Of a stretch of DNA of 64,000 nt, positions 16,668 to 26,223 are shown piece after piece (the stretch's first letter is position 1; every line of letters begins with the position of its first letter). The notes beneath the pieces are model-generated. The model did no database searches, was not told the DNA's origin, and was given only the letters and a program-made list of their open reading frames with translations. Source of the DNA: Bdellovibrionales bacterium (lineage in GTDB: Bacteria > Bdellovibrionota > Bdellovibrionia > Bdellovibrionales > UBA1609); NCBI GenBank assembly GCA_965116155.1, contig OZ220488.1, positions 450,420-514,419 of the forward strand. The letters run 5' to 3'. Position numbers and translations under genes: made by a program.

Positions 16668-18104
16668 TTAACGGCTAAAAAAGCCCACCCTCACCGGAAC
16701 ATCCCTCCAGCCCCAACGCTCCTGCAAAGATTTTGTCAAAAATCTTCTGTAAGTAGCCCTCACCCCACGCGGGTAATTTGCAAACACCATAAAACTTGGC
16801 GGCACCTGCCGCGACTGAGTAATATAATAAAACTTTAAACTCTTAGTGCCCCACAGACCCGCAGGCGTGCCCTGGGTCAGCTTTGCAAAATAGCGGTTCA
16901 GCACCCCTGTAGGCACCCGCTGGCAAGCCCGTGCCTGAAGCTCGCGCGTGCCGCGCAGCACCTTTAATAAACCCGTTCCCTTAAGAGCGCTTACAAAATA
17001 ACAGGGCATATGCGGAAAAAAACTGAGCACACCCCTAAAAGACTTCCTCCGCTCTGTAAGGGAGTGTTGCGATGCGTCGCACTTGTTGGCCACTAATACA
17101 AATAGCTTGCGCTCCTCTATAAGCCTTTGCACCATCCGCGCCTCAAAGTCCCCCACTCCTTGGCGCACGTCGCAAACCACCAGCACCACATCAGCCTGTT
17201 TGATGGCATGCCAACTTTTATACGACGCAAGCAGCCCCAAAACATCGCCTGCTTTTTTAAACTGCGCCGCACGCCTTAAGCCTGCGGTGTCTATGATTTC
17301 AAACTCCCCTGCTTGTGGATGGTAAAACGCAGCGCTTGTGCTGTCGGTTGTTGTGCCCGCGCGGGGCGCCACCAAGCAGCGGTCAAATCCCAAAAATGCA
17401 TTGCACAAAGAGCTCTTGCCCACATTGGGCTTGCCCACCAAACACAACCTAATGCGAGCCGCTGGATTACACTGCGCTTGCAGCTCAGCATGAACGGCAC
17501 TACCTGACAAGGGATTTTGGTTGGCGCCTTTACTACAAGCGTGTGGCAAATCGAGCCCGCTCAGATTACCTTGCTTAAGCCCACCTTTACTTTGCAAGTG
17601 CGGCAATGCGCGCTCTACTACGTCTGCCACACCGTAATCCGAAGCAAATGCACCCACGAGTATGTTATCCACACCCAAAGCATAAAAAGGCGCCAGCATA
17701 GCCGCCTGTGCCTCAGCCTTTAAAGGCTTGTCCACCTTGTTAACCACCAAAACATAAGGCACGCCCCGCGCGCGCACGAGGCGCATCAGCTCCTCCTCTT
17801 CAACACCCACCCCCTTACGCGCATCCAAAACAAACACCACAAAATCTAGTGCCAACGCCTCAAAGCCCCGCACCCTGAGCGCGCCCTGCGCACTACTAAA
17901 CCCGCCCGTATCCACTACCTCAAAGTCACACCCCCACCAATGTGCGCAGCCGAAAATAAAATCCCGCGTCACGCCAGGCATATCTCGCACCAAAGCCTGT
18001 TTGCGCCGTACCAAAGCATTAAAAAGCGTGCTCTTGCCCACATTGGTACACCCTACCAAGCACATTCGAGCCACAGGCGCGCCCTTATTGGGATGAGTCT
18101 GCAT
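16668..18104 (-). CDS. der: Ribosome-associated GTPase Der/EngA (two GTPase domains plus a KH-like C-terminus)
   Basis: It has two P-loops (GCTNVGKST and GKPNVGKSS), DTGG/DTAG and NKVD/NKCD boxes, and a C-terminal KH-like region. It overlaps the rnc stop by 20 nt. Confidence 0.85.
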   Translation of the reverse strand: MQTHPNKGAPVARMCLVGCTNVGKSTLFNALVRRKQALVRDMPGVTRDFIFGCAHWWGCDFEVVDTGGFSSAQGALRVRGFEALALDFVVFVLDARKGVGVEEEELMRLVRARGVPYVLVVNKVDKPLKAEAQAAMLAPFYALGVDNILVGAFASDYGVADVVERALPHLQSKGGLKQGNLSGLDLPHACSKGANQNPLSGSAVHAELQAQCNPAARIRLCLVGKPNVGKSSLCNAFLGFDRCLVAPRAGTTTDSTSAAFYHPQAGEFEIIDTAGLRRAAQFKKAGDVLGLLASYKSWHAIKQADVVLVVCDVRQGVGDFEARMVQRLIEERKLFVLVANKCDASQHSLTERRKSFRGVLSFFPHMPCYFVSALKGTGLLKVLRGTRELQARACQRVPTGVLNRYFAKLTQGTPAGLWGTKSLKFYYITQSRQVPPSFMVFANYPRGVRATYRRFLTKSLQERWGWRDVPVRVGFFSR

Positions 18105-18840
18105 TGTCAGCCTCCGTACTAGAGCGGAGCTTGCCTAAGGCGATAAGCGCGGCCTTATTTTGCGCCTGCTTTTTACTCACCCCCACAGCGGCTCCCAAAA
18201 GTTGTTCGTCCCCCGCATAAACCTGCGCCCGAAACTTTGCCTTATGCCCATGCTCCGCCTCGCTTTTATAAACCAAATCTGGCAACTTTAACCTATGCGC
18301 CAGCTCCTGCAACTGGGACTTATAATCCTCAAAATCCTCCAGCACCGAAGTCTTAAGCAAAGGCACAAAAATGCTCTCCACCACAGCCTGCACCCCCACA
18401 AAACCTCTATCTAAAAAACAAGCCCCCACCACCGCCTCGAAAGCTCCACACAACACCCGGTCGCTCTTTAAAGCCCGAGCCTTTAAACCCTTGCCAAATT
18501 TTAACCGCTTGCCCACGCCGCAATCCCTTGCCACACGGGCCAGGGTTTTTTTATTCACCAGCGCTGCCCTATGCCGACTGAGTTCACCCTCGGTATAGTG
18601 CGGATAATGGCGCATTAAAATCCACCCCACACCCAAAGACAAAACCGCATCGCCCAAAAACTCCAAGCGCTCGTTATCGCCCAAAGCTTGAGGGTTTTGC
18701 CTAAAATAACTCGTATGCGTTAAAGCTTTTTCAAGTAGCTGCTTGTCCCTAAAATCAAACAACCCACCCGCACCAGTACCCCATGAGCGCCACCAAAATA
18801 AGCCACAGACAAAGCTACAAAATTTTGTAATGCTTTTCAT
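18085..18840 (-). CDS. rnc: Ribonuclease III
   Basis: RNase III signature ALTHTSY..NERLEFLGDAVL and a C-terminal dsRBD (..SKKQAQNKAALIAL..). Confidence 0.9.
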   Translation of the reverse strand: MKSITKFCSFVCGLFWWRSWGTGAGGLFDFRDKQLLEKALTHTSYFRQNPQALGDNERLEFLGDAVLSLGVGWILMRHYPHYTEGELSRHRAALVNKKTLARVARDCGVGKRLKFGKGLKARALKSDRVLCGAFEAVVGACFLDRGFVGVQAVVESIFVPLLKTSVLEDFEDYKSQLQELAHRLKLPDLVYKSEAEHGHKAKFRAQVYAGDEQLLGAAVGVSKKQAQNKAALIALGKLRSSTEADNADSSQ

Positions 18841-18876
18841 ACTGCTTCAACAGACTCTGCCACAAAAGACAGCTAC

Positions 18877-20382
18877 CTAATTTTTAGGCACCAACAGCTC
18901 CGCCGTAGCAATGCTATCTATCAAGGACTCCTCTACCTCGTACTGACGCCCCGGCAAAGTCTGCACCACCCAGCCCGTAGATGCTTTAGTCCACGACAGA
19001 CGGAACAACTTTTGATACTCCGACCCAAAAAGCTCCACCACGTTCTCAACCTTTGAAAAATCATGCTGCGCCTTAGATAAAAACTCCTTCACTCTCAAAC
19101 TAGCCATCTGCTCTAATAAACGCTCCACTCTTTCGTGCGGCACGCGTACCTTGTCATTATTGGTGACCCATTTTTCTCGCAACACCAACTCCACCACGTC
19201 CTCACCCGCACGCATATAACGCAGCTTAACCACCTCGTCCTTATCAAACTTAAACGGATACGCACGGTCCAATAAATCCGAAACCGATTTGTCCAGTGTT
19301 TTTAAAAAATCCTCCTTAATCCCATACACCGCCTTAGTATGGTTCGACACCGCATAAGCCACATCTCCCTTTAATGCACTCAGCCTCAACTCCCACAAGT
19401 CCGGCGGCGTTTCCTTAGCAGCGGCTGCATCTGTATCAGCTTCTGCAGCTGGCTTTGTCAGGTAGGCCCGCACCACCCGCTCTGCTGGACGTAGCTTGTA
19501 TTCCGTGAGCAGTTTGGGAGTTTTTTCGCTCTCAACAACGCTCGTTGCTTGCAAAAACCTTAGCCCCTCTATCAAAGACTCCACCTCAGACTCATCCAAC
19601 CGAAGTTCGTCTTCCTCTAAAAAACCCGAAACCTTCCATTGTCCGTCCACTAAACTCAAGGTGTAATTTAAATCGGGCCGCTTGGTGTTAAAAAACTCCA
19701 CCCGTCTAAAATCCCCAAAGCCCTCCTTGCGAAACAAGTGCTTCTCCCTTAAATCATTGGGCTGTTTTTCTAAAAAGTTCACTAAACTCTCATCTGCCAA
19801 ATACACCGCACTCGCTTTAGGGTCTCCCGACGCTAGGCTAAGCGCCTCGCTCTGAGTGTTGGCAGACCACTTTTGCACATGGAACGAACCATCAAAAGCC
19901 CTCTCACTACCCACCTTAAATACATAAAACTTCCCCCCCCTACCCTTGCCCCTGCCCTCCTTTTTAGAACCCAGCAGCAGCCTCCACATACCAGGGCCTT
20001 TTAAGCCAAAAGCCAGTATGTCCGCCTCCGCATGCGGCGCCTCTATAGTGCGCAAGTTTAGGTTAGAAAAATCCTCTAAAAATAAATCCACCTCCATCTG
20101 AGCCGCCCGGTCCTCAAAAGGCCACACAAGCCCCCACACGCCTTGGCTCTTTTGAAGCTCCAGCACCCTGCCCTGATTACTAGCCTGGCCCTTGCCGCCT
20201 CCGTCCTGATCCAGGACCCGCATCAGCTTAAAGCTATGCAGGTCCTGCACGTCCACATGCCCCAAAAGCTGCGCGGCCTGGAGCTCCTGCTTCTCTACAC
20301 GGTCTGTGTTGTCATAAAACCAGTACGTAAAACCCACCACACATAAAGTGCCCACAAAAAATGCCGCTGTCCCAAGGTTCAT
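18877..20382 (-). CDS. DUF4340-like periplasmic protein partnering the GldG-type ABC system
   Basis: It has an N-terminal TM segment (MNLGTAAFFVGTLCVVGFTYWFY) followed by a large soluble region. Its position downstream of the GldG-like gene is typical for DUF4340 proteins. The ATG at 20382 overlaps the upstream stop as ATGA. The longest ORF starts at 20400. Confidence 0.55.
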   Translation of the reverse strand: MNLGTAAFFVGTLCVVGFTYWFYDNTDRVEKQELQAAQLLGHVDVQDLHSFKLMRVLDQDGGGKGQASNQGRVLELQKSQGVWGLVWPFEDRAAQMEVDLFLEDFSNLNLRTIEAPHAEADILAFGLKGPGMWRLLLGSKKEGRGKGRGGKFYVFKVGSERAFDGSFHVQKWSANTQSEALSLASGDPKASAVYLADESLVNFLEKQPNDLREKHLFRKEGFGDFRRVEFFNTKRPDLNYTLSLVDGQWKVSGFLEEDELRLDESEVESLIEGLRFLQATSVVESEKTPKLLTEYKLRPAERVVRAYLTKPAAEADTDAAAAKETPPDLWELRLSALKGDVAYAVSNHTKAVYGIKEDFLKTLDKSVSDLLDRAYPFKFDKDEVVKLRYMRAGEDVVELVLREKWVTNNDKVRVPHERVERLLEQMASLRVKEFLSKAQHDFSKVENVVELFGSEYQKLFRLSWTKASTGWVVQTLPGRQYEVEESLIDSIATAELLVPKN

Positions 20383-21980
20383 GCGTTTTTGCGCCTCCAA
20401 AAACTCAACCCACTGAGCAACAACAACAGCACAGGCAAGGCCACACCCGCCACCACAATCAACTTGCCCGTTGTAGGGGTCAAAGTAATCTGTGTGCGTG
20501 ATAGCTCCGGCGCCCTAATACTAATCAAATCTGTATCGTCACTCAGATACGAAACCAAGTTCAAAGCCAAGTCCCTATTGTGCCCTTGGTGCAGCAACTG
20601 ATTGCTCAAAAAATCCGTGTCCCCCACCAACGCCACACGAAAAGCCTTAGATTCCGCCGCGTCTTCCTTGGCCTCATTAGCAGCATTTTCATCTGCTGCG
20701 TTTTTATCCGATGGTTTGTTTGCTGTGTTTTCTTCAGACATATAAACCAACACTTTAGAGTCTGTGTTGCTCCAAGCGTCTTGGTTGTTTAGGTCCTTGA
20801 GGTTTTCGATGCCAAAAACCATCCGCGGCGCCGTACTAACCAAAGCATGGGTGCTTATGCCATCAGTATCCGGCAAGGCCTCTAAGTGCGAAGCCTCGTC
20901 GAACAAACTTAACGCATTGCCTGTTTTAAAATCTTTTGTAACCGGGTGCGCGCTATCAAAATGTGTGCCCAATATGGACGTCACCCGCCCCATAGCCTGC
21001 ATCTGCGGCATAATCAAATACCGCCCCCCATACTTTAAACCCACCTTAGATAAAAACCCCTCCAAATTAGTGCGCGCACCGGGGTCCCAAGTGATCATCA
21101 CCCGCCCGCCAGACTCTATATAATCCTCCAAGGCCTTAAGCTCCATGGGCTGAAACTGCTGCTGCGGGCCCAAGATCAAAAGCACGCTCGCCGCCATTAA
21201 AGCCTCAGCCCCTTGCTGCATCAGGTTCACCTGGGTCACATCGTACGCGGCCTCTACCAAGGCCGCACGAAAACCCGAAACATCCCCAGGTTGAGAGGCC
21301 TGCAAGGACCTCTCGCCATGCCCTTGCAGCACCACCAACTTGCGCGCCTCTAAACGCGTTGCCTTAACCATAGCCTGCGTCAGTTGAGGCTCCTTATGAT
21401 CAGGCTCCACACGCAGCCTTTTGTTCTTATACTCCACAAAAACCCCTTTAGGGTCGCGCTGAGAGCCCAAGTACTCCTTTGCCAGAGCCGGGTTTTTGTA
21501 AGAATCCACAAAGCGCACCCTAACCCACGAGCCTTCGGCTTTGTAAAGATCCAACAGCTGCGCCATTTGGCGCCTAAAGGCTCCGCCGTCCACCACACCA
21601 GAATGAAACACCAACACCTGCAGGTCCTCTTGCAAAGACTGCACAAGCTTGGTGCTTTGGTCCGATAAACTAAACACCCGGTTTTCGCTAAAGTCTTTCG
21701 TGCCGTCCTTTAGTACGCCTAAAAAATTCAAACACCCCACCACAACAACCCACAACACAATAAGCACACCCATATTAAGACCGCTTTTTGTGGTTTTTAA
21801 AAATAAAAACTCCACATACAATTTGAAATCAAAAGCCAAAGCCCCCAGCATACCTACAGCCGCACCACCCACAAGACCCCACATAAAAGGCATCCAAGCG
21901 CCCAGGATGTACTTGATCACCACCAAAGCCAAAAGACACAAGGCCCCAAAGCCCCACAAAAATTTCGACTTACCACTCAT
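20379..21980 (-). CDS. GldG-family auxiliary component of an ABC-type transport system
   Basis: It has N-terminal TM helices, a large periplasmic domain and a C-terminal TM segment (..LIVVAGVALPVLLLLLSGLSFWRRK). It follows an ABC ATPase and ABC-2 permease, a GldA/GldF/GldG-like arrangement. Confidence 0.6.
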   Translation of the reverse strand: MSGKSKFLWGFGALCLLALVVIKYILGAWMPFMWGLVGGAAVGMLGALAFDFKLYVEFLFLKTTKSGLNMGVLIVLWVVVVGCLNFLGVLKDGTKDFSENRVFSLSDQSTKLVQSLQEDLQVLVFHSGVVDGGAFRRQMAQLLDLYKAEGSWVRVRFVDSYKNPALAKEYLGSQRDPKGVFVEYKNKRLRVEPDHKEPQLTQAMVKATRLEARKLVVLQGHGERSLQASQPGDVSGFRAALVEAAYDVTQVNLMQQGAEALMAASVLLILGPQQQFQPMELKALEDYIESGGRVMITWDPGARTNLEGFLSKVGLKYGGRYLIMPQMQAMGRVTSILGTHFDSAHPVTKDFKTGNALSLFDEASHLEALPDTDGISTHALVSTAPRMVFGIENLKDLNNQDAWSNTDSKVLVYMSEENTANKPSDKNAADENAANEAKEDAAESKAFRVALVGDTDFLSNQLLHQGHNRDLALNLVSYLSDDTDLISIRAPELSRTQITLTPTTGKLIVVAGVALPVLLLLLSGLSFWRRKNA

Positions 21981-21995
21981 ATAACTTGCTTCCCC

Positions 21996-22769
21996 TCACG
22001 CTCTCCAGCGCGAACTCTCAATGACCCTGTCTGTTAAAAACAAAAACGTCGCAATAAAGCTTACAAAAAACAGCACCGCGCTGAGTTTTAACCCGCCATA
22101 GATAAAGGGCTCAAAATGATCCTGCAAAGATACATGCTCCAATACATGCCTTATTGGAGATTCGCCCAAAGCCACCATGCTGCTGTCTAAGACCCACAAA
22201 GATAAAATCAAAACCGTCGTAATAATAAAGCTCAGCATAGGCGACTGAGTCAGAGACGACACAAAAAGCCCCAAACTCACATAGGCACCTAAAATAAACG
22301 CCATACCCAAAAACATTATCAACAAAGGCATCCAATTAAAGTCGGCCACCAAGGCCGTGCCAGCAGGGTACAAAAAAGCTAGCATCAACAAAAACAGCAC
22401 CCCCACATAGCCTCCCAAAAACTTGCCCAGCGCTATGTGGCGCGCGCACAAAGGCGCAGTCAAAAGCAGGTCGTACGCACGGCTGCGCTTGTCGTCGCTA
22501 ATTAAACCCATAGTAAAAGCCGGCACAATAAATAAACAAAGCAAATGCACCAGCCCCAGGTGGTTGATAAAAAGCGCATGGTGAATATTGCCCGCCTCAG
22601 CTCCTCCGTAAGGGCCGGGAGCTCGGCCACTCTCTAAAGCAAACTGCGACAGCTCACGCAAAAAGCGCATACTCCACAAGCCCGTACAGCCCACACCTAT
22701 CAGGTACAACTTAGGGCTCTTTATAAGGCTTTTTAGCTCTCGCAAGCCGATCACCCAAACCGCCCTCAT
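21996..22769 (-). CDS. ABC-2 type transporter permease (GldF-like)
   Basis: Polytopic 257-aa membrane protein. Its start overlaps the ATPase stop (ATGA coupling). Confidence 0.7.
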   Translation of the reverse strand: MRAVWVIGLRELKSLIKSPKLYLIGVGCTGLWSMRFLRELSQFALESGRAPGPYGGAEAGNIHHALFINHLGLVHLLCLFIVPAFTMGLISDDKRSRAYDLLLTAPLCARHIALGKFLGGYVGVLFLLMLAFLYPAGTALVADFNWMPLLIMFLGMAFILGAYVSLGLFVSSLTQSPMLSFIITTVLILSLWVLDSSMVALGESPIRHVLEHVSLQDHFEPFIYGGLKLSAVLFFVSFIATFLFLTDRVIESSRWRA

Positions 22770-23740
22770 AACTCTGCCTCCTGAGAGCCTGCTAACATGC
22801 CCTCGTCATCCTCTACCAAACTAATAAACGCGCTCTCCAACTGATCAGGATCCCAAAGTTTAATACCCATTTGCAGGTCGAGCACACCCCGCAGAACCTG
22901 GTCCGTAGACACGCTTTTGCTCACCAGCTGCAGCCAGTATTCGCCATCACTTTTGGCGTCCACGCGGTTCACACCTTGAATAGAAGCCATTTTAGCGCTC
23001 AGATCCTGCTCGCGCTCCTCTAGCCTCACACGACAAATGGGCTTGTCGACCAAACTGTTGATAGGCCCCTGGGCCACAATGCGGCCCTTGTTAATAATAA
23101 TGGCCTCATCGCATGTAGCCTGCACCTCAGACAAAATATGGGTCGAAAGCATAACCGTGTGCTGCCCCTTGAGCTCGCGCACCAATTTGCGCACCTCCAC
23201 CATTTGCTTAGGATCTAAACCCGCCGTAGGTTCGTCTAGAATCAAAATCCGCGGGTCCGACACCAAGGCCTGTGCCAGGCCCACCCTTTGCTTAAAGCCT
23301 TTTGATAAGTTCTGAATCAGCCGGTTTTGCACGGATTGCAGGCCGGTCTTTTCTACCGCAGTATCCACATTAGCCCGCACTTTGGCGCGCGGCACACCCT
23401 TTAAGCGTGCAGCAAAAACCAAATACTCCCGCACCAGCATATCGGTGTACAAAGGCGGCACCTCGGGCAGGTAGCCGATTTGCTTTTTGACCTCAACGGG
23501 CTTTTCAAAAACATCATACCCGCCCACTTGAACCGAGCCCTTAGTGGGCGCCATAAAGCCCGTAATAATCTTCATGGTAGTGCTTTTACCCGCACCATTA
23601 GGCCCCAAAAAGCCCACCACGCTGCCCTCGGGCACATTAAAGTTCAGGTCCCGCACCGCCTGGTGCGAGCCGTAGCTTTTGCACAGCCCATGCACCGCAA
23701 TAACCCCAGACCGCCGATTTTTAGTACTCACATCATCCAT
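22766..23740 (-). CDS. ABC transporter ATP-binding protein (GldA-like)
   Basis: Walker A GPNGAGKST, signature LSKGFKQRVGLA, Walker B ILILDEPTAGLD. Confidence 0.9.
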   Translation of the reverse strand: MDDVSTKNRRSGVIAVHGLCKSYGSHQAVRDLNFNVPEGSVVGFLGPNGAGKSTTMKIITGFMAPTKGSVQVGGYDVFEKPVEVKKQIGYLPEVPPLYTDMLVREYLVFAARLKGVPRAKVRANVDTAVEKTGLQSVQNRLIQNLSKGFKQRVGLAQALVSDPRILILDEPTAGLDPKQMVEVRKLVRELKGQHTVMLSTHILSEVQATCDEAIIINKGRIVAQGPINSLVDKPICRVRLEEREQDLSAKMASIQGVNRVDAKSDGEYWLQLVSKSVSTDQVLRGVLDLQMGIKLWDPDQLESAFISLVEDDEGMLAGSQEAEL

Positions 23741-23893
23741 AGCAACACCCGCCAGAAAAACCCGTCCACTTTTCTATACCATAAGCCACATAAAACTCAA
23801 GAGGGCTTAAAATTGGCTCATTTCATGCCGAAAGGTCTCTTGGTGCCAAACAAATTGGCAATTTGTCCCATCAACCCGCCAAAAAGGAAGCTT

Positions 23894-24538
23894 ATGAAAT
23901 ACTTTATGGTGCTTGTTAGCGAAAATAAAGAAACCCTCAGCCGCCTGCAGGACATTATGCAGCAAAGCGGACAGCCCATAAAATCAGGGACTTTTTCTGA
24001 AAGCCAATGGATCCAGTACTCTCAGATACCCAATTTTATGGCACGCCTAACAAACGAAAACCTCTTAGGGCAGTACCAGGCCGCTAACTACCAGCCGGCT
24101 TATGCCAAAAAGTCTAAAGCAAGCAACCTGCCCCAAGGTATAAACGCCACATCGCACCTACGCCTATTGCCACGCTCTGAGCACCAAGCGGTATCCACCA
24201 ATACCCTAACGCAAAACACACACACTAAAGGGCCACAGTCTCCAGCAGTACCCTGGCAGGGCCTTATGGGGCAAAAGCCCACCCCTCAAGCACCCGAAGC
24301 CGCAGCAACAAAGGACGGGCAGGGCTTTTTTAAAAAATCCCCTCCCATGTGTTCTATGAACGAGGTCCAGGCTCAGGCCATTTACTCGGCTTTGGTTGAA
24401 AGCGGAGGCAATGTCAGCAAAACAGCTAAAATTTTAAAACTCGGGCGTGCCACCCTTTACAGAAAAGTGCAACAATACGGCATAGAAATCTCAGACATCC
24501 GATCTTGGAACAGGACAAGCTACAAAAAAGCAAGTTAG
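23894..24538 (+). CDS. Fis-family helix-turn-helix DNA-binding protein (no receiver or AAA+ domain recognisable)
   Basis: The C-terminal SALVESGGNVSKTAKILKLGRATLYRKVQQYGI is an NtrC/Fis-type HTH. The ATG at 23894 follows AGGAAG. The longest ORF (from 23480) runs through the divergent promoter region and is rejected. The stop codon lies in repeat module A. Confidence 0.7.
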   Translation: MKYFMVLVSENKETLSRLQDIMQQSGQPIKSGTFSESQWIQYSQIPNFMARLTNENLLGQYQAANYQPAYAKKSKASNLPQGINATSHLRLLPRSEHQAVSTNTLTQNTHTKGPQSPAVPWQGLMGQKPTPQAPEAAATKDGQGFFKKSPPMCSMNEVQAQAIYSALVESGGNVSKTAKILKLGRATLYRKVQQYGIEISDIRSWNRTSYKKAS

Positions 24539-24734
24539 AGCGCTAGCCGCATGCTCTGGTCCAAGCGCCGTCTGCCTGATAGTCCCCACAGGGGACGATC
24601 ATCAGGTAGACAAGCGCCCCACAGAGCATGGGGCGGCCTATAAGGCTTCTATGAGCCTGTAGCCTTGGGTGTTCGGTAGACCCAAGGCGGCCACACTCCC
24701 GTCAAAGCCCCGTGCGATGGGCAAACACAAGTTA
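24535..24734 (+). repeat. Modular palindromic intergenic repeat, cleanest A-B-C unit, spanning stop codon to stop codon
   Basis: Module A is TTAGAGCGCTAGC at 24535-24547. Module B is a long hairpin at about 24550-24630. Module C lies at 24635-24731 (GGCCTATAAGG..GCCTGTAGCCTTGGGTG..ACCCAAGG..CCGTCAAAGCCCCGTGCGATGGGCAAACACAAG) and directly abuts the dacB stop at 24732-24734. Confidence 0.9.
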
Positions 24735-26138
24735 ACGCGTGAGTTCTTTAATTAAGTTGTCCATAAAGGCACGCGCACTGTTGGTTTTGGGGCCGTTGTA
24801 GAAAAAAGCAAACACCCGCTCAGCGCCGCTGCAAGGCGTACGCACATAGCCCGCTAGTGATGCCACACCCGAAAGCATACCCGTTTTTGCCCGAACCAAC
24901 GAGCTTACATCCGGCATGCGCCCGCTCAGCGAGCCCTCCCCACCGCCCACGGCCAAAGCCGACCGAAACTCCACACCCAAGCGCAAGTGCTGGCCCATCT
25001 TGCTTAAAAACTCCCCCACATCCGCGGGGCGAAAGCGGTTTTTTCTCGATAAACCCGAAGCACTATGCACCTGAAAATCCTTTAAGCCCTTAGATTTTAT
25101 ATAATCCGTAAGCACCCTCAAGCCTGCCCCAGGCTGCTTTTGTACCTTTAGCCCCAGGTGCGATACCAGCATCTCAGCCATGGCGTTATTTGAAAATCTC
25201 ATAAAGCCCTTTAGTATATCCTTTAAAGCAAGGCTTTTATGCGATGCTAAAAGCCTAGCCCCTTGTGGCGCCTCACCCACGCGCAGCCCACTACGCACCG
25301 CAACCCCTCGCTCCTCTAAAAAGGCCTTAAAATTCCAAGCACTCCAGCAGGCTGGGTCACCCACAATACTGCGGTACCAAAGGCGCTCCTTTGAACCCAG
25401 CGCCACCTGCCCCGACACATGCAGCTCACCTGCGCCTATACAGCGCCCGTTTTTTTGTGTGCCTGGGATCACCTGTATTTTTGTTTGTGCCCGCGCAGCA
25501 CGGCGCACCGTTAGCGCCTTGTTGCGCACAGTGAGCAGCCCATCCATAGGATCTAAACGGATGCGCGCTTTATCGCCCACTTGCTCACCCGGCCCCAGGC
25601 GCACATTGACCACGCTCCAGTTAAAGTTCATAGCACCAACAGGCGCATTATAAGCCCTTTGCAAAGAGGCTAGCCCACGCCCAGATCGATCGCGGCTCCA
25701 GCGGAACAGGCTGTCATCCACCACAATATCTTCCACCTCTAAAGGGCCCCAGCGCAAAAGTTCCTGCACCAAAAGCCACATAGACTCTGATACAAAGCTA
25801 GGATCCCCACCTCCCACCAAGTAAAGATCCCTAGCGCCACTGGGGGCCACAGGGCCTGCGCGCACCTGGGTCACAAAGCGCTCCTCGGCACCCAAAAGCT
25901 CCAAAGCCGCCCCCGAAACAAACAGCTTGGTCACAGAGGCCGGAATAAACGCCCGCCCCTCATTCAGCCCCCAAGCCTTAGGCCCAGGCCCAGGACAAAC
26001 ACCACCCCCATCACCCACAGGCCCCAAGTAAAGCCCCAGGTGCTGCTTAAGCAGGCCATGCTTTTTTAAGTTTTTATCTAAAAATGCGCTCCACTCCGGC
26101 GCCGCCCAGACTGGCCCAGCACCCAAAAGCATAAGCAT
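24732..26138 (-). CDS. dacB: D-alanyl-D-alanine carboxypeptidase/endopeptidase (PBP4, peptidase S13)
   Basis: SxxK (ASVTKLF), SxN (FSNNAMAE) and KTG (RAKTGML) boxes. The start is uncertain. The longest ORF reaches 26378 but overlaps the divergent lspA-like gene; the ATG at 26138/26132 gives a short signal peptide (MLMLLGAGPVWA-AP). Confidence 0.8.
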   Translation of the reverse strand: MLMLLGAGPVWAAPEWSAFLDKNLKKHGLLKQHLGLYLGPVGDGGGVCPGPGPKAWGLNEGRAFIPASVTKLFVSGAALELLGAEERFVTQVRAGPVAPSGARDLYLVGGGDPSFVSESMWLLVQELLRWGPLEVEDIVVDDSLFRWSRDRSGRGLASLQRAYNAPVGAMNFNWSVVNVRLGPGEQVGDKARIRLDPMDGLLTVRNKALTVRRAARAQTKIQVIPGTQKNGRCIGAGELHVSGQVALGSKERLWYRSIVGDPACWSAWNFKAFLEERGVAVRSGLRVGEAPQGARLLASHKSLALKDILKGFMRFSNNAMAEMLVSHLGLKVQKQPGAGLRVLTDYIKSKGLKDFQVHSASGLSRKNRFRPADVGEFLSKMGQHLRLGVEFRSALAVGGGEGSLSGRMPDVSSLVRAKTGMLSGVASLAGYVRTPCSGAERVFAFFYNGPKTNSARAFMDNLIKELTR

Positions 26139-26223
26139 AAAAACCCAGGCCAATGGCCCCTTTAGGTGCTTAGAACTTTTGGCACGCCCGTAAGTATGGG
26201 TAAATAATAAAAGGGCACAACTT

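Noticed and set aside
23480-23893. Long N-terminal extensions of track ORFs (23480-23893 for the Fis-HTH gene, 62440-62496 for astD, 26139-26378 for dacB, 8967-9008 for the peptidase)
   Set aside because: The extensions cross divergent promoter regions, repeat elements or neighbouring genes. Internal starts with good RBS and sensible N-termini (signal peptides or domain starts) exist.
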